From: Coniocarpon cinnabarinum
Taxonomy: Eukaryota
Length of the DNA: 64,000 bases
Direction: 5' to 3'
NCBI GenBank assembly: GCA_051942205.1
Contig: JAVECO010000025.1
Coordinates: 1-64,000 of the forward strand
Part shown: in pieces, positions 49,487 to 60,843 of the stretch
Numbering within the stretch: the stretch's first letter is position 1
How the letters are laid out: every line of letters starts with the position of its first letter
Notes under the pieces: generated by a model
Database searches by the model: none
The model's input: only the letters and a program-made list of their open reading frames with translations
Told to the model about the DNA's origin: nothing
Program-made: the position numbers and the translations under genes

Positions 49487-50552
49487 ATGGTCCTCCACAA
49501 CCCGAACAACTGGCACTGGGTCAACAAGGACACCTCCGGCTGGGCCAAGTCCTATCTCGAGTCGGAGCTCCTTGGGCTATCTGTCGAAGAGGATGGGGTC
49601 AGCGCACAGATCGCGAAGATCCTAAGCATGGACGGAGACGTGGACGTCTCGCAGCGAAAAGGCAAAGTCATCACTCTTTTCGATGTGGTCCTCAAGCTCG
49701 AGTGGGAGGGCAAGACGAAAGAGGGCGAGTCCTGCTCGGGCACGATCAATGTGCCGGAGGTCGCTCATGACACCGAAGAAGACGAGTACGTTGTATGTGC
49801 TCCTATGTCAGACCCTGTTTTCACTTCATTCCAAAACTCCGCGTTTACTAATGTTTGCCGATCTGCAGTTTGAGATAGAAATCTACTCCGAGACCGCTCC
49901 AAAAGAGGCAGTAAAAGATCTCATCCGCCGCAAGCTCACTCCGTCTCTGCGCGCAAAACTCGTCACGCTCGCCCCCGCCCTCATCGACGCCCACGCCAAA
50001 GACATTCAACACGATCAAAACTACAAGTCTGGCTTCACGCCCGCCAAGACCTACACGAACAGCTCCTCCCTCAACAACGGCCCGAAACAAGCAGATGCAC
50101 CACAAGTCGACGCCTCCGTCGCGACGTCCAAATCCAACGTCAATGTCACGACCCTCACAGCTTCCGACGAGTTCCGCACAGACGCCGAGCAACTCTACAT
50201 CACCTTCACGGACCCCTCACGCGTCGCGGCGTTCACGCGTGCGCCGCCGGAACCGTTTGAGCCTCAAGTCGGCGGCGCGTTCCGGCTTTTCGGCGGGAAT
50301 GTGCAGGGTACTTTCCAAGAGCTGCAGCCGCCGACGAAAATCGTGCAGAAGTGGCGATTGGCGCAGTGGCCCGCGGGGCATTTCAGCACGCTCAAGGTCG
50401 AGTTTGATCAGAATGATGTAGATGCTGTGACAGTGATGAAGGTGGAATGGCAGGGTGTGCCCGTGGGACAGGAAGAGGTGACGAGGCGGAATTGGGAGAC
50501 GTATTATGTGCGGGCTATGAAGGTGACGTTTGGCTTTGGCACTGTTCTGTGA
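49487..50552 (+). CDS. AHA1: Hsp90 co-chaperone Aha1
   Basis: MVLHNPNNWHWVNKD, DVSQRKGKVITLFD, C-terminal AHSA1 domain (FGGNVQG, IVQKWRL, FGFG); intron 49793-49868. Confidence 0.96.
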
Positions 50553-51468
50553 AAGGAAGAAGATGATCACGTGCGACATGTTGCATGAGCGACGGCGCAA
50601 TGATTAGATGAGTATAGATGGCATGGCCTTGTGCTTGCTCTGAACACCAAGTGACATATGAATGATAAGTCTCGTAGATGCCTGTCCATGTTCTTTTCCG
50701 CTCCTGACTTCCTCCAGCATTTGCTCACTTGGTTTTCACGATCACATTACGTTTGCAGACCTTTTGGAGACTGTCGTGACGAAGTTGCTGTGAACGTGTT
50801 ACAACCCCTCGGAGTTCGCAAAGCCAGGACTTCTTGGGGCTGCATCAGAAGACGTAAGTGAATAATAGATATTACGTTCAGCGACGCTAGATTGCTAGCA
50901 AGGTAGATGTCATAATTCTAATTAGATTAGCAAAATTGCTATGAGTAGAACAACAATATAATGTATGTTATCTGCGGAAATAGCAGATTGTGTGGAATTG
51001 TAGCGACCTCTTTGAGGTGATAGATGCTGCAAATTTTCTTTTTTCACCCAGGTAAGGTGCTTGCGCGGACAACAGTCGATATCACCTTTGATTCTACGTG
51101 GAGATTAACAGTCAAATCTTGGTTTTAGAATGAAGACATCAAATTCAATTGACTTATGAGTTGACGCTCGGCTTCTGTCAGACATGTTCGATCGTTGGCA
51201 CTGGCCATGGAGGCCAACAGCAAATCTCACCTCAATTCCTGCAACAAAAGAAATGAACTAATAGTTGGGAACCAAAGACGCGAAAAAAGTGTAGAGCTAC
51301 GCGTGGAAAGGGCTACACGGAGCATTCTGATGTATCTTGTTTTTGTAAACAGGAACAGGTAATCTTTTCTTCCGCTGGTCTTCCAGTTTCTCCGCACATC
51401 ACCCAAAGAACAACAAAAGATATCAAATTCGTAGCTTGAGGCACGCTCTCGATTCAAGGCTTGAAAAT

Positions 51469-54400
51469 TCATACAAGCGGTTTTCGCATCGGCTTCACAA
51501 TTCCCTGCTTAACCATAACCCGTGGCTTCACAAAGCTTTGCAGCGCCTCCTTCGTATTCCACTCGGGACCCATCGGCAACCGTAACGATCGTTCATATTG
51601 CTCCTTTCCCTCAAACGGATGGGGCAGCGAATCCGCCAAGTACTTTTTATTCTTCCTGACACCCTTCTCGGAGATGATAACGTTCTTTTTGTTCCGATCC
51701 TTGCGCTTGCTCTTCTCTACGCCACTTTCCGTCTTCTTGAGAAATTTGCAGGATTGGTCGGCAGGTTTGGAGGCGATACCGGCGCCGGTCCAGGAACCCC
51801 AGCCGGGGAGGAAGGTGGATTCGAAGGTGTCTTCTTCGTCGGACTCGGCGGCTTGTTTTTCTTTAGAGAAGGCTTGGTCGACGGAGGGGTCAATACCAAA
51901 GGCTTCGGCTATGAGTGAGGCTTGATCGATGTGGGAAGGGTGGAGAGAGTGAGCTGTTTCGACTTGGGCGTCGTCGTCGTCGTCGTCGTTGTTGCTGTCG
52001 TCGGGGTGGGTGGAGGGTTGGGTGGTGGACTCCGCGGTAAGCGGAGCGGAGGACTGTGTGGCCATTTGGCTGTTTCTCGAATCGTTGGGAGTGGGGGACT
52101 GGTGGAGCGAAGGTGGAGTGGTTGTGGAATTTTGCGCGCCATGAGAAGTTGCTTTCGTTCTGTTGGTGGGTAATTCGATGATCGAAGAGTTGGATTGTGC
52201 GTCCTTGATATGCGGAACGTGAGCAGCAACTTTGTTGGGTTTGGAAAGTCGCTGCCTTGGTTGTGATTGCTTGTTTGACGTCTCGTCCTGACCCTGGATC
52301 GTTTCGGATATTCGCCGAGTTTCATCATTCTCAGCGTTTTTGACTTCGTCGCGCACACGTCCATTGACATTGACAGTGACATCGTCGCTATCAGAGGATT
52401 CAGGCTCTTCAAACTCATTACGGGCAATGGCTGGTTTCTGAGGCGGGGAAGCTGGGGTCTGCGACGGGCCGAAGACACGCCTCCCCATGTTGACGTCTGA
52501 CTCTTCACTGCCGCTGTCGTTCCCATCCCCGGCCAGTTCTCTGCGCAAACGTCGGGCGTCCTCGTCATTCTGGCGCCGCTGATTTTCATTAGCGCGTTGC
52601 ATGAATTTCAAGGACGCGAGTCTCGACCTCGTATCTTGACCTGGTTGTGCTGTACGAGCATCTAATGTCGCGTCCACTTGATCTCGAAGCTGAAATTCGG
52701 CATCTTCAGCGTCCGAATCAATGTTAGAGATTGACCTTCCCGAATCATCGTCCTCGATGGGAGGTAATCGCATTCGCAAGTCCTGATCGCGCGCATTCAG
52801 CTCGTTCATTGCATCTTTAGCATCATCATCCCATCCAGTGCGACCTGTCGCTTTCACGCTCTTAGCCCATCTGCTGTTCTTGTGTCGGCTTCCCATTCGT
52901 TCTTCTGCCCGTCTCCGGTCGTGACGAGAGTGCTCGTCTTCATCTTCGGACAACATCCCTTCATTGACAAGTCGCTGCCGCTCTTGACGCTCAGCGTAAT
53001 CGTTCCGGTCTCGTTCTTTACGGTGAATTCTTCGATAGGCTTTGCTCTTAATCTTCTTGATGCGTTTGGCGCGCTGCTCCTCCCTAAAAATGAGCTCACG
53101 AGCTTTGCGCAGTTCCATGAGTCGAGCACGTTCGTTCCTTCGCGATTGTTTATCCGACTCGGGCAAGTCGTCGCCATCCTTTTCATTATCGTGGTTGTCT
53201 GCTTTCTTTCCAGAAGCTGCGAGACCACTTTGTTGCAATATGTCTTCGATGGTCGTCTCGAGTTCATTTTGTGGCTGACTTGTGGTCGCAGGTAGGAGCT
53301 TGTGCGCACCTTGAGGATGCTGCTCCTCGGGATCAACGAGAGGAAAATGGAGATGTTCTGCTCGACGAGTATGCTTGACCGTGTCTTGCCACTGATCGAG
53401 CGCTTCCTTGGCGTTCTTATATGCGGCGATGCGGTTGAATTTGTTTGCCTCACGTTGGGATGATGGGCGCTGAATTCGCGTCTTAAGGTCGCTCAGTCGC
53501 CTCTTGGGTAGCTCATCGATTAGGCCCTCATCAAATAATTTTTGAATTACCATCATTCTCTCACGTATCGCTTCATCTTCTTTTTCCACGCTTGGTGATA
53601 CTCTCGAATCGCCCACGTGAGGATTTGCAAACGACGTGGCAATGTCAGACAACGACCTTGAGGGCTGGGCGACATTGTCTTCCTCATCCGTGAACGATGA
53701 TATATTCTCTTCGTCGTCTTCGTCTGAATCAAATGTGTTGTCTTTTGCAGCATCAGACATATCCGAATCGCTAAACCCAGCCCAGTCATCTTCGGGAGCA
53801 CTTCTTCCCTCGGCCCGGCGATCACTGATCTGTGTGTTAATGTCGGGTTCGTCGCTTTGTAAAGCTTCATCTGTATCATCCTGATCTAGCGCTGTAGCAA
53901 GATCCACAGCTTCAGGTCCCAGACTATCGTCGCTCGCCTCGTCGTCTGGGTTTGATGCCGGCGTCTCTGCCTCGTTCAGATCAATGTCATCCCGATCAGC
54001 GAATCTCATGTCTCGCGCAGAGAACCTTTTCGGTTGTTTTTGTGCATTCTTGCTTCCTCGGAAACTAAAGCCATCAAATCTCTCTTCGTCACTGTCTCCA
54101 AATGCTTCATCGCTGTCTAGACTCTCGTCGTCGTCCTCGTCCCCTAAGCCGACCCTCCAATGGTTTCCTTCACCGTCGCTGCCACTGCTGATGTCTTCTT
54201 CTTGGAAGCCTCCTGGACCCCTCTCTCCCTTCCTTACGTTCCTTTGCTGAAGTCGTCTTGCATTACTGGCAGGTTCGTCGTTCTCATCATCTGTCTCGTC
54301 ATCGAGCATCCGTTGACGCTTTTGCTGTGGCTCCACAATGTCAAGCTCGCTTTCGCCTAGTCTGTGTTGTCTGATCTTGATGTTGTCAGGATCCGAGGCA

Positions 54401-54516
54401 GAGGCAAGAGCAAATGCGTCCTGGCTTCGGGATTCACGCTTGGTGTTGCGGCGCGTGGATGAGGGTTTTGGAGTGAAAGACTGGGATACAGAGCTGCGAG
54501 CCAAACGTCGTGTCAT
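51469..54516 (-). CDS. UTP14: U3 snoRNP/SSU processome protein Utp14
   Basis: RAKRIKKIKSKAYRRI, RAEERMGSRHKNSRWAK, LPGWGSWTG, LPHPFE..EQYERSLRLPMGPEWNT. Confidence 0.95.
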   Translation of the reverse strand: MTRRLARSSVSQSFTPKPSSTRRNTKRESRSQDAFALASASDPDNIKIRQHRLGESELDIVEPQQKRQRMLDDETDDENDEPASNARRLQQRNVRKGERGPGGFQEEDISSGSDGEGNHWRVGLGDEDDDESLDSDEAFGDSDEERFDGFSFRGSKNAQKQPKRFSARDMRFADRDDIDLNEAETPASNPDDEASDDSLGPEAVDLATALDQDDTDEALQSDEPDINTQISDRRAEGRSAPEDDWAGFSDSDMSDAAKDNTFDSDEDDEENISSFTDEEDNVAQPSRSLSDIATSFANPHVGDSRVSPSVEKEDEAIRERMMVIQKLFDEGLIDELPKRRLSDLKTRIQRPSSQREANKFNRIAAYKNAKEALDQWQDTVKHTRRAEHLHFPLVDPEEQHPQGAHKLLPATTSQPQNELETTIEDILQQSGLAASGKKADNHDNEKDGDDLPESDKQSRRNERARLMELRKARELIFREEQRAKRIKKIKSKAYRRIHRKERDRNDYAERQERQRLVNEGMLSEDEDEHSRHDRRRAEERMGSRHKNSRWAKSVKATGRTGWDDDAKDAMNELNARDQDLRMRLPPIEDDDSGRSISNIDSDAEDAEFQLRDQVDATLDARTAQPGQDTRSRLASLKFMQRANENQRRQNDEDARRLRRELAGDGNDSGSEESDVNMGRRVFGPSQTPASPPQKPAIARNEFEEPESSDSDDVTVNVNGRVRDEVKNAENDETRRISETIQGQDETSNKQSQPRQRLSKPNKVAAHVPHIKDAQSNSSIIELPTNRTKATSHGAQNSTTTPPSLHQSPTPNDSRNSQMATQSSAPLTAESTTQPSTHPDDSNNDDDDDDAQVETAHSLHPSHIDQASLIAEAFGIDPSVDQAFSKEKQAAESDEEDTFESTFLPGWGSWTGAGIASKPADQSCKFLKKTESGVEKSKRKDRNKKNVIISEKGVRKNKKYLADSLPHPFEGKEQYERSLRLPMGPEWNTKEALQSFVKPRVMVKQGIVKPMRKPLV

Positions 54517-54769
54517 ATTCGCTCTGCTTGTTTTGACAGTGTTGAGTCACTCAAAAGTGAGCCGACTTAATCTGTACAATGAATGACACACTCATGCAGG
54601 CACAAAATTGAGGTTTGTACGCCAAGATTTCGCCAAGATTCAGAGATCTCGCTGCGTCTTTAAGCCGTGACCCCGAATTACATAAGACGATCTAGCTCCT
54701 GTTTCTTTACATTTGCATTCAGGCCTATACAGATTCCGAACGTTGTAGAGACACTGTACCATCGTCAGG

Positions 54770-55132
54770 ATGAGGTCTACATCCATTCTCTGTCGTTATA
54801 CACGGCACCTGCAGATGACCGGCAAAACGGGTCCACGCGAGTACTACAAAGGAACGCGCTCTGGATCAATGGGATCCCATACGAAGCATGGAGGATATAT
54901 CGTCGACTATGACAAGGTTCGGACTTACGTCGTCCCTGAAAATCTTGCCGCATGCAAAGTAAGGCTCGTTTGTAACCCGATATTGTACTCGAAGCTGATC
55001 AAAAGTCAGTTGACCCCTTTCGTTACAAACAATGTCCGACCTATGCGTGGTCAATTCAAAGGACCCCATGATCTTCCTATCAGTGGTTACAAATACTTGA
55101 AGGAATGGAAAACACAGAATGGTGAAGATTGA
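54770..55132 (+). CDS. MRPL27: mitochondrial ribosomal protein L27 (mL41)
   Basis: YYKGTRSGSMGSHTKHGGYIVDYDKVRTYVVP..LTPFV; intron 54959-55009. Confidence 0.92.
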   Translation: MRSTSILCRYTRHLQMTGKTGPREYYKGTRSGSMGSHTKHGGYIVDYDKVRTYVVPENLAACKVRLVCNPILYSKLIKSQLTPFVTNNVRPMRGQFKGPHDLPISGYKYLKEWKTQNGED

Positions 55133-56901
55133 TGTACTTCTGTGGAAGATGGACTCTGCTGGTGGATTGGCCTTCTTTTGACGCAGAGGACGCACGAGTG
55201 ACTCAGAATCTTGTGCTGCAAGTCGTCGCACACCCATCCACGCTACGGTACAAGAGCGTTCAAAGAAAGGACTTTGGATCATCTGCCGCTAGTCAGACCA
55301 TCTGGTCAACTTCACTTAATTTCCGAAACCGCACACAACTGGGAGTAATACTTGGTCAAAGGTTGGAGGCTCTGGAGCGTACCCTTCACTCACGTTGCTC
55401 GCAAGGCAAATAGAGCACCTGATCGAGCGAACTCATCTCTGACTGCTGGTTTCAGTTTGGTCAGACTATCCAGGAAAGCCGCTCCAAGTCCGGCCGCTAT
55501 TCAAGATTCAAAGGGCGCTTCCGACTTGACATCTACGCTCATGAGGACACTCAACACTTTACAACGAGCCAGACAATCGCAAGCTTCAGCTGATGCGTAG
55601 CGAGTATAATATTAAGATCGCATGCTCAACGACTGGTTGAAAGACACTCCTTCCATGCTGGCATCACTCCTCTACAAGTCACCTCGACAAAGCATGCGCA
55701 CATGTCTTCAGCTGTCTAAAAACAGAGCATCGAGACTGTGCTCATCGAACATTGGAACCGTTTGAATGTCACATCTCATAGATACTAGCAGCTATTTTCC
55801 ATGAATGTAATAGCATTCGACCTTAATCATTATCCATCGACCCGTCCTTCGTGTTCTGGCAGACGATTGGTCTTCCATGAAGGCTGAAGTCATCTCAGAA
55901 TCATATGACTCCGGACGCATGTGTTTGCCACTAACCTTCGTGCAGACTCTTGAGAATTTAGCAGCACCTGTCAATAGTCAACTAATCGCAACTGCAGTCC
56001 ACACACACACGACACTGATGAGTAATCGCAAGAGCATGTCTCGAATAGGCGATCTCTACTAACGATTTACGTGTGATTCCATACTATATTGACCACCGGG
56101 TCTATGCCACAGCTACAACAATGACCCTGCCGTGCCCAGATAGGTCAGCTCAGACGCAAAGTATATTGACTCTACCATCAACGAGACGATCATATATGGA
56201 TGTCACGCAGTCCATAGTAGAGACTGAGTTTGTGTCTTGTTGTTTTCGATAGCCTTGCAACTATCGCATAGACACAAGGCACAAATATTGCACGAGCGAT
56301 GTAGGTCGTCCTAATTCTACTACTGCTCTAACCAAAACGATGCGCCTAAAAACGAGCATGACTCGAACGAACACCATGAAGTTCAGAACCCCTCTGTCAA
56401 CAATTATCTTTTTAGACAGCAGCACGCAATAATCTGACATTCGTACATATTGGCGTAATTATGCTGCCATTGATCCGTATTGAAACTCATCAGTATGTGC
56501 GCGAAATCGAGCGAGGCCCATTTAGAAATGATACCTAAGCTGAATCCACGTGAATATCTAGCCAAGGCGGACAAGACTTGCCTAGATTGTTAAGCTTGGA
56601 AGTGACCGCCCAGAAAGCATAGAGCGTTGTAATTGCCGCTTAAACACATTTCTAGAGGAGCTAGGACCCATTTACACTACTCAGCGTATATCATCATCTA
56701 GTCAGCAACGGAAAATTGGCTCATTGCACGCTTTTTCCTATATCCTGACAGACAATTGTTTCTTTTCTCGAAACAGAAAGTCGCATAAATTCACACCCCT
56801 TTCCAATATTCGCAGCATCTTCGTTCAGCAAGCCAGGGTCAGCAGAATCCATTGGCGCATCCATTCTGCTCTAATTCACTGCATTCGACGACCATCTGGT
56901 C

Positions 56902-59145
56902 ATGTCCTCGTCGAATATATTTGTACCCATAGACGCCGGCACATTTCCTGAACAGATTTCGCATCAGGGTGGCCATCCTGTACCAAAGCGTGGCATCCGT
57001 GAAAGCGCCCCGATTCAGACCAACAAGTTCTATGCCAACTTCTTCCTTGGGAATCAGGACCAAGGCACATGGACTCATCCCTATTCAGTGACCTGGCTCA
57101 GAGGTGGTAGTGTGGATCCTTATTCAGCGTGTTGGGTCAAAAGCGTTGGTTGGGGTTTGTTCAGCTGGGGCTTAGCTGTTTCGCACATCTCGCGAGAACG
57201 ACTAGCACTTGGACCTGGCCAGCCTGATGAATCTTTCAAGATTCCCGGTTCCACGATTCCCGCGTATGCACCTGCCGAGCCTGTTCGTTATTTCATTAAT
57301 CCTATAGGTATCTACTCATTGATCCTTTCAGCTAAGGAACTCGGGAACCAAACCGTCCTGACGACTGACACCCTTCGAGCTTTTTCGGTCAACGTGAACT
57401 TGACGCCGCATAGCAAAGCCCACCCTGTGATCACCTTTCCCATCGTTCAAGGTATGGGATTTGTGACTGCCATTTACAATTGGAGCACCCCCATGATTCA
57501 GACTGGCGTATGCTTCGTCACGTTGACCTTCACGGGCACTGTGCATGGCACGAATACGGCACGCTATTCCGTTCTTTTAGCGGATCGTACGCAGTGGCTG
57601 CTCTATATGACCTCAAACGAGAATCAATCCTGCCCGACACTGACTCTCGTCTCTCACTCGGCAATCCTGGCCAATGGGTCGTTCTCCGGTTGCATCCAAG
57701 TGGCCAAAAATCCAAATAGAGCGGCTTCTCAAGCTGTGTACGATGCGTCAGCTGGCGTTTATCCACTTCGAGGCAGCGTGGCTGGAATGACTCGAAATTC
57801 AACTGGCACCTACCAGCTGTCGTGGACCAAAGGAGGAAATCCTGGTCGAACGCTGCTTATGTTTGCACTCCCGCATCAGCAGCAGGAAATGGCCCCGTCA
57901 TTTTGCACTCAGTCTCGATCGGCGTTACGGCTCGAGACGACAACAAAGGGCGATGCTGCGGCTGTTCTCGCGGACGCCTGGACGTTAACAGAGCACGAGC
58001 TTCCTTATGACATGGACTTTGCGCCATGGAGCCCGTTGCTCCGCAGCCAGAGTGCAGTTGCACCAGCAGCGAGACATCTCATTCAAAGTGTATCTGCCAC
58101 TGAACTTGCTCAAGATATGATGGCTCAAACAAACCTAAACAGCATGTACTTCTCTGGAAAAGGGCTGGCGAAATTCGCATTCACAATATTTGCCGCCGCT
58201 CGGATAGGTGAAGCCACCGGTATCGCTGCCAGGGGACTGACTCAATTAAAAAATGCTTTCGCAACTTTTGTCAACAATCAGCAGATATTTCCTCTAGTCT
58301 ATGATACCGTTTGGGGAGGTATTGTCAGCTCATGCACCTACAAAAATGGCGATCCAAACGGCGATTCCGGCAACACTTACTACAACGACCACCATTTCCA
58401 TTACGGCTATTTTGTGTACACCGCATCGGTGATTGGACATCTCGATCCCAACTGGTTGCAACAAGGGACCAATAAAGCTTGGGTCAACGCGCTGGTTCGT
58501 GACTACGCCGACCCCGTCGGTGGTGATCCAATGTTCCCGTTTAGTCGTCATTTCGACTGGTATCATGGTCACAGCTGGGCGCACGGCCTACATGAGGCTG
58601 CAGATGGCAAAAAGCAGGAAAGCTCAAGTGAAGATGCGTTCGCTAGCTACGCCATGAAGATGTGGGGTTACACTACTGGCGACGTCAACATGGAAGCTCG
58701 GGGCAACCTCATGCTAGCGATCCAAGCGCGGACGTTCCGTAACTATTACCTCCTCCAAGACGGCGACATCATTGGACCTCGAGAGTTCCGTAAAAACAAA
58801 GCCGCTGGAATCCTTTTCGAAAACAAAATAGATCGCACGACATCCTTCGGCAACAATAACGAGTATATCGAAGGCATTCACATGATACCGCTCAATCCAT
58901 CCTCGACACTCACCCGGACGCGAGCGTTTGTAGATGAAGAGTGGCGTCGGTATTTCAGCGGAAGGCGGGTGGACCAAGTAGAAGGTGGGTGGCGAGGTAT
59001 TCTGTATGCTAACCTAGCTATAGTAAACCCCGTGGCGGCCTATGACTTTTTTGCACAGCCCAACTTTGATAACAGTTGGCTGGACGCTGGCGCGAGTCGC
59101 ACCTGGTATTTGGCATTTTGCGCTGCACTTGGAGGTGCAAAGTAG
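56902..59145 (+). CDS. GH81 endo-1,3-beta-glucanase (Acf2/Eng-like)
   Basis: IQTNKFYANFFLG, FPIVQGMGFVT, SMYFSGKGLAK, YYNDHHFHYGY, FDWYHGHSWA, QESSSED, GIHMIP, ASRTW. Confidence 0.95.
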   Translation: MSSSNIFVPIDAGTFPEQISHQGGHPVPKRGIRESAPIQTNKFYANFFLGNQDQGTWTHPYSVTWLRGGSVDPYSACWVKSVGWGLFSWGLAVSHISRERLALGPGQPDESFKIPGSTIPAYAPAEPVRYFINPIGIYSLILSAKELGNQTVLTTDTLRAFSVNVNLTPHSKAHPVITFPIVQGMGFVTAIYNWSTPMIQTGVCFVTLTFTGTVHGTNTARYSVLLADRTQWLLYMTSNENQSCPTLTLVSHSAILANGSFSGCIQVAKNPNRAASQAVYDASAGVYPLRGSVAGMTRNSTGTYQLSWTKGGNPGRTLLMFALPHQQQEMAPSFCTQSRSALRLETTTKGDAAAVLADAWTLTEHELPYDMDFAPWSPLLRSQSAVAPAARHLIQSVSATELAQDMMAQTNLNSMYFSGKGLAKFAFTIFAAARIGEATGIAARGLTQLKNAFATFVNNQQIFPLVYDTVWGGIVSSCTYKNGDPNGDSGNTYYNDHHFHYGYFVYTASVIGHLDPNWLQQGTNKAWVNALVRDYADPVGGDPMFPFSRHFDWYHGHSWAHGLHEAADGKKQESSSEDAFASYAMKMWGYTTGDVNMEARGNLMLAIQARTFRNYYLLQDGDIIGPREFRKNKAAGILFENKIDRTTSFGNNNEYIEGIHMIPLNPSSTLTRTRAFVDEEWRRYFSGRRVDQVEGGWRGILYANLAIVNPVAAYDFFAQPNFDNSWLDAGASRTWYLAFCAALGGAK

Positions 59146-59673
59146 GAAGGGCGTCCTGCTCCCCATTGAAACACAGCAAGGAGGCACACACAGGTACTGA
59201 CGATCAGAGATGATATTGACGAACATCACGAACGACACAACAAGGACTTGCACACCATCACGACAGCTCTGAAGTTTATTCTTTGTCTTGCCGAGGGTCG
59301 AGTATTGGGCGCCGTGGGGGAACCAACCGAGAAATCGAAGAGCGAGCTGACAGACTCTGGAAGAATTTATTGCACACGGCAATCACCGGCACGTTTAAAT
59401 CAAAACTCGAATGAGGCGAGCGAAACGTCTGAGAATTGTTCGATTCTCAGTTGAATTCTTGAGTTCCAAACTGGCAAAACGTAGTTCGCACAATGCTAGA
59501 TGAGGATACTGTTCGTTGAAATTCACTTGCAGTCCATATGACGTGCGATCTTTTGTAACACATCAACCCGTGCCAACTGACATTTCTGACGTGCAAACCG
59601 ACTTGTACAGTCAGAAGTACTGCGTGAAATGCCGTGCAATGTCTGCAATTTAACGCAAAGCAAAGTCGCCTGC

Positions 59674-60417
59674 TTAACCCAAACAAATCCCCAGAAACTC
59701 CTCACGATCAATACACCCATCCCCATCTAAATCAAACTCTTCGATCATCGCCACTAGCTCCTCATGCTGCAGGCCTTCCCCTAGCTCCCTTGCCACACGC
59801 TCCAAGTCTTGTAGACTGATTTTTCCCTTTTGCCCCTCGTCAAACAGCTCGAACGCGCGCAGTATCTCTTCTCGCGGATCCCTCGCCAAGATTCTCTGTG
59901 CTACAAGACCTTGGAATTCCTTGAGCGGCAGCAGCAATTTTGTATGGGTGTAGCCGCCTCCGCCGCCGTCTTTGTTCTGCTGGCCTTGTCCTTGTGCCTG
60001 CGAGGATGTGTTGACTGAGGTGCCATACGTCTGTAATATCGACAAGATTTCGGCCTTTGGCACTTCAAAACCGAGTGCTTTCAGCGCGACTTTGAGCTCA
60101 TGGTAGTCTATGCGCGTATCTTGGTCTAGATCGAAGAGTTTGAATGCCTGGTCCACCTCGTCGCGCTGGTCTTCGGTCAAATCCGCAAAAGCTTGCGGGC
60201 CGTCACGATCGAGTTGCGTGCGTAGCTCGCGAGCCTCGCGGGGATTAGGAGGTTGTTGGTATGACTGATAAGAGGGCTGCGCGGGAGGCTGAGACGGTTG
60301 CTGATGTGGTTGCTGGAATGGTGTTGTGCTTGTGAAGGGAGTAGTTGTCTGGCGCGTGCGGTTGGTAAGGGCTGAGGGATAGGAGCGCGGTTGGTAAGAG
60401 GGTTGATTAGTCGCCAT
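59674..60417 (-). CDS. CDC31: centrin Cdc31/centrin-3
   Basis: EF-hands; AFKLFDLDQD..IDYHELKVALKALGF, RDPREEILRAFELFD, MIEEFDLDGDG. Confidence 0.93.
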   Translation of the reverse strand: MATNQPSYQPRSYPSALTNRTRQTTTPFTSTTPFQQPHQQPSQPPAQPSYQSYQQPPNPREARELRTQLDRDGPQAFADLTEDQRDEVDQAFKLFDLDQDTRIDYHELKVALKALGFEVPKAEILSILQTYGTSVNTSSQAQGQGQQNKDGGGGGYTHTKLLLPLKEFQGLVAQRILARDPREEILRAFELFDEGQKGKISLQDLERVARELGEGLQHEELVAMIEEFDLDGDGCIDREEFLGICLG

Positions 60418-60843
60418 GCGTCGGGACTCCTGATATAGAGACGTGCTTTTTCGCTTGTCAAGCTGCAGATTTTGCTGGTCTTGCCTTTGTCGACTTTCAA
60501 CCTGGCGTGGAACTTCCTGGTAGTTGATGCTCCACGCGGGTCGTGGACGAGTCTTGCAATCGACACTGCAATTATTGTGTTTCCTGGACTGTGTCAAATA
60601 TTCGCCTGAGGTCCGTCACTGCATATATTGTGAAAGGCATGTAATACTGTGCTTGAAAGTAATTGAGCAAGGAATGAAGATGGAGGAGGTTTCCGTTTTA
60701 GGCGGAATGACGCGCCATTGGACGCGTTTCGGCGCGTCCACCCCGGTTGTCTTCGTCTCTCCTCCTGTGTCTTTACACTTCTGCAACAAGCTAGAACCCC
60801 ACGCAGAGCTGTCGAGCTTGTGCGAGTCACAAGACAACTCAGC

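Noticed and set aside
50850..51460. AT-rich stretch between AHA1 and UTP14
   Set aside because: No repeat match or ORF found by eye; could be terminator region or an old relic
51968..51990. (TCG)n trinucleotide run
   Set aside because: Encodes a poly-Asp tract within UTP14
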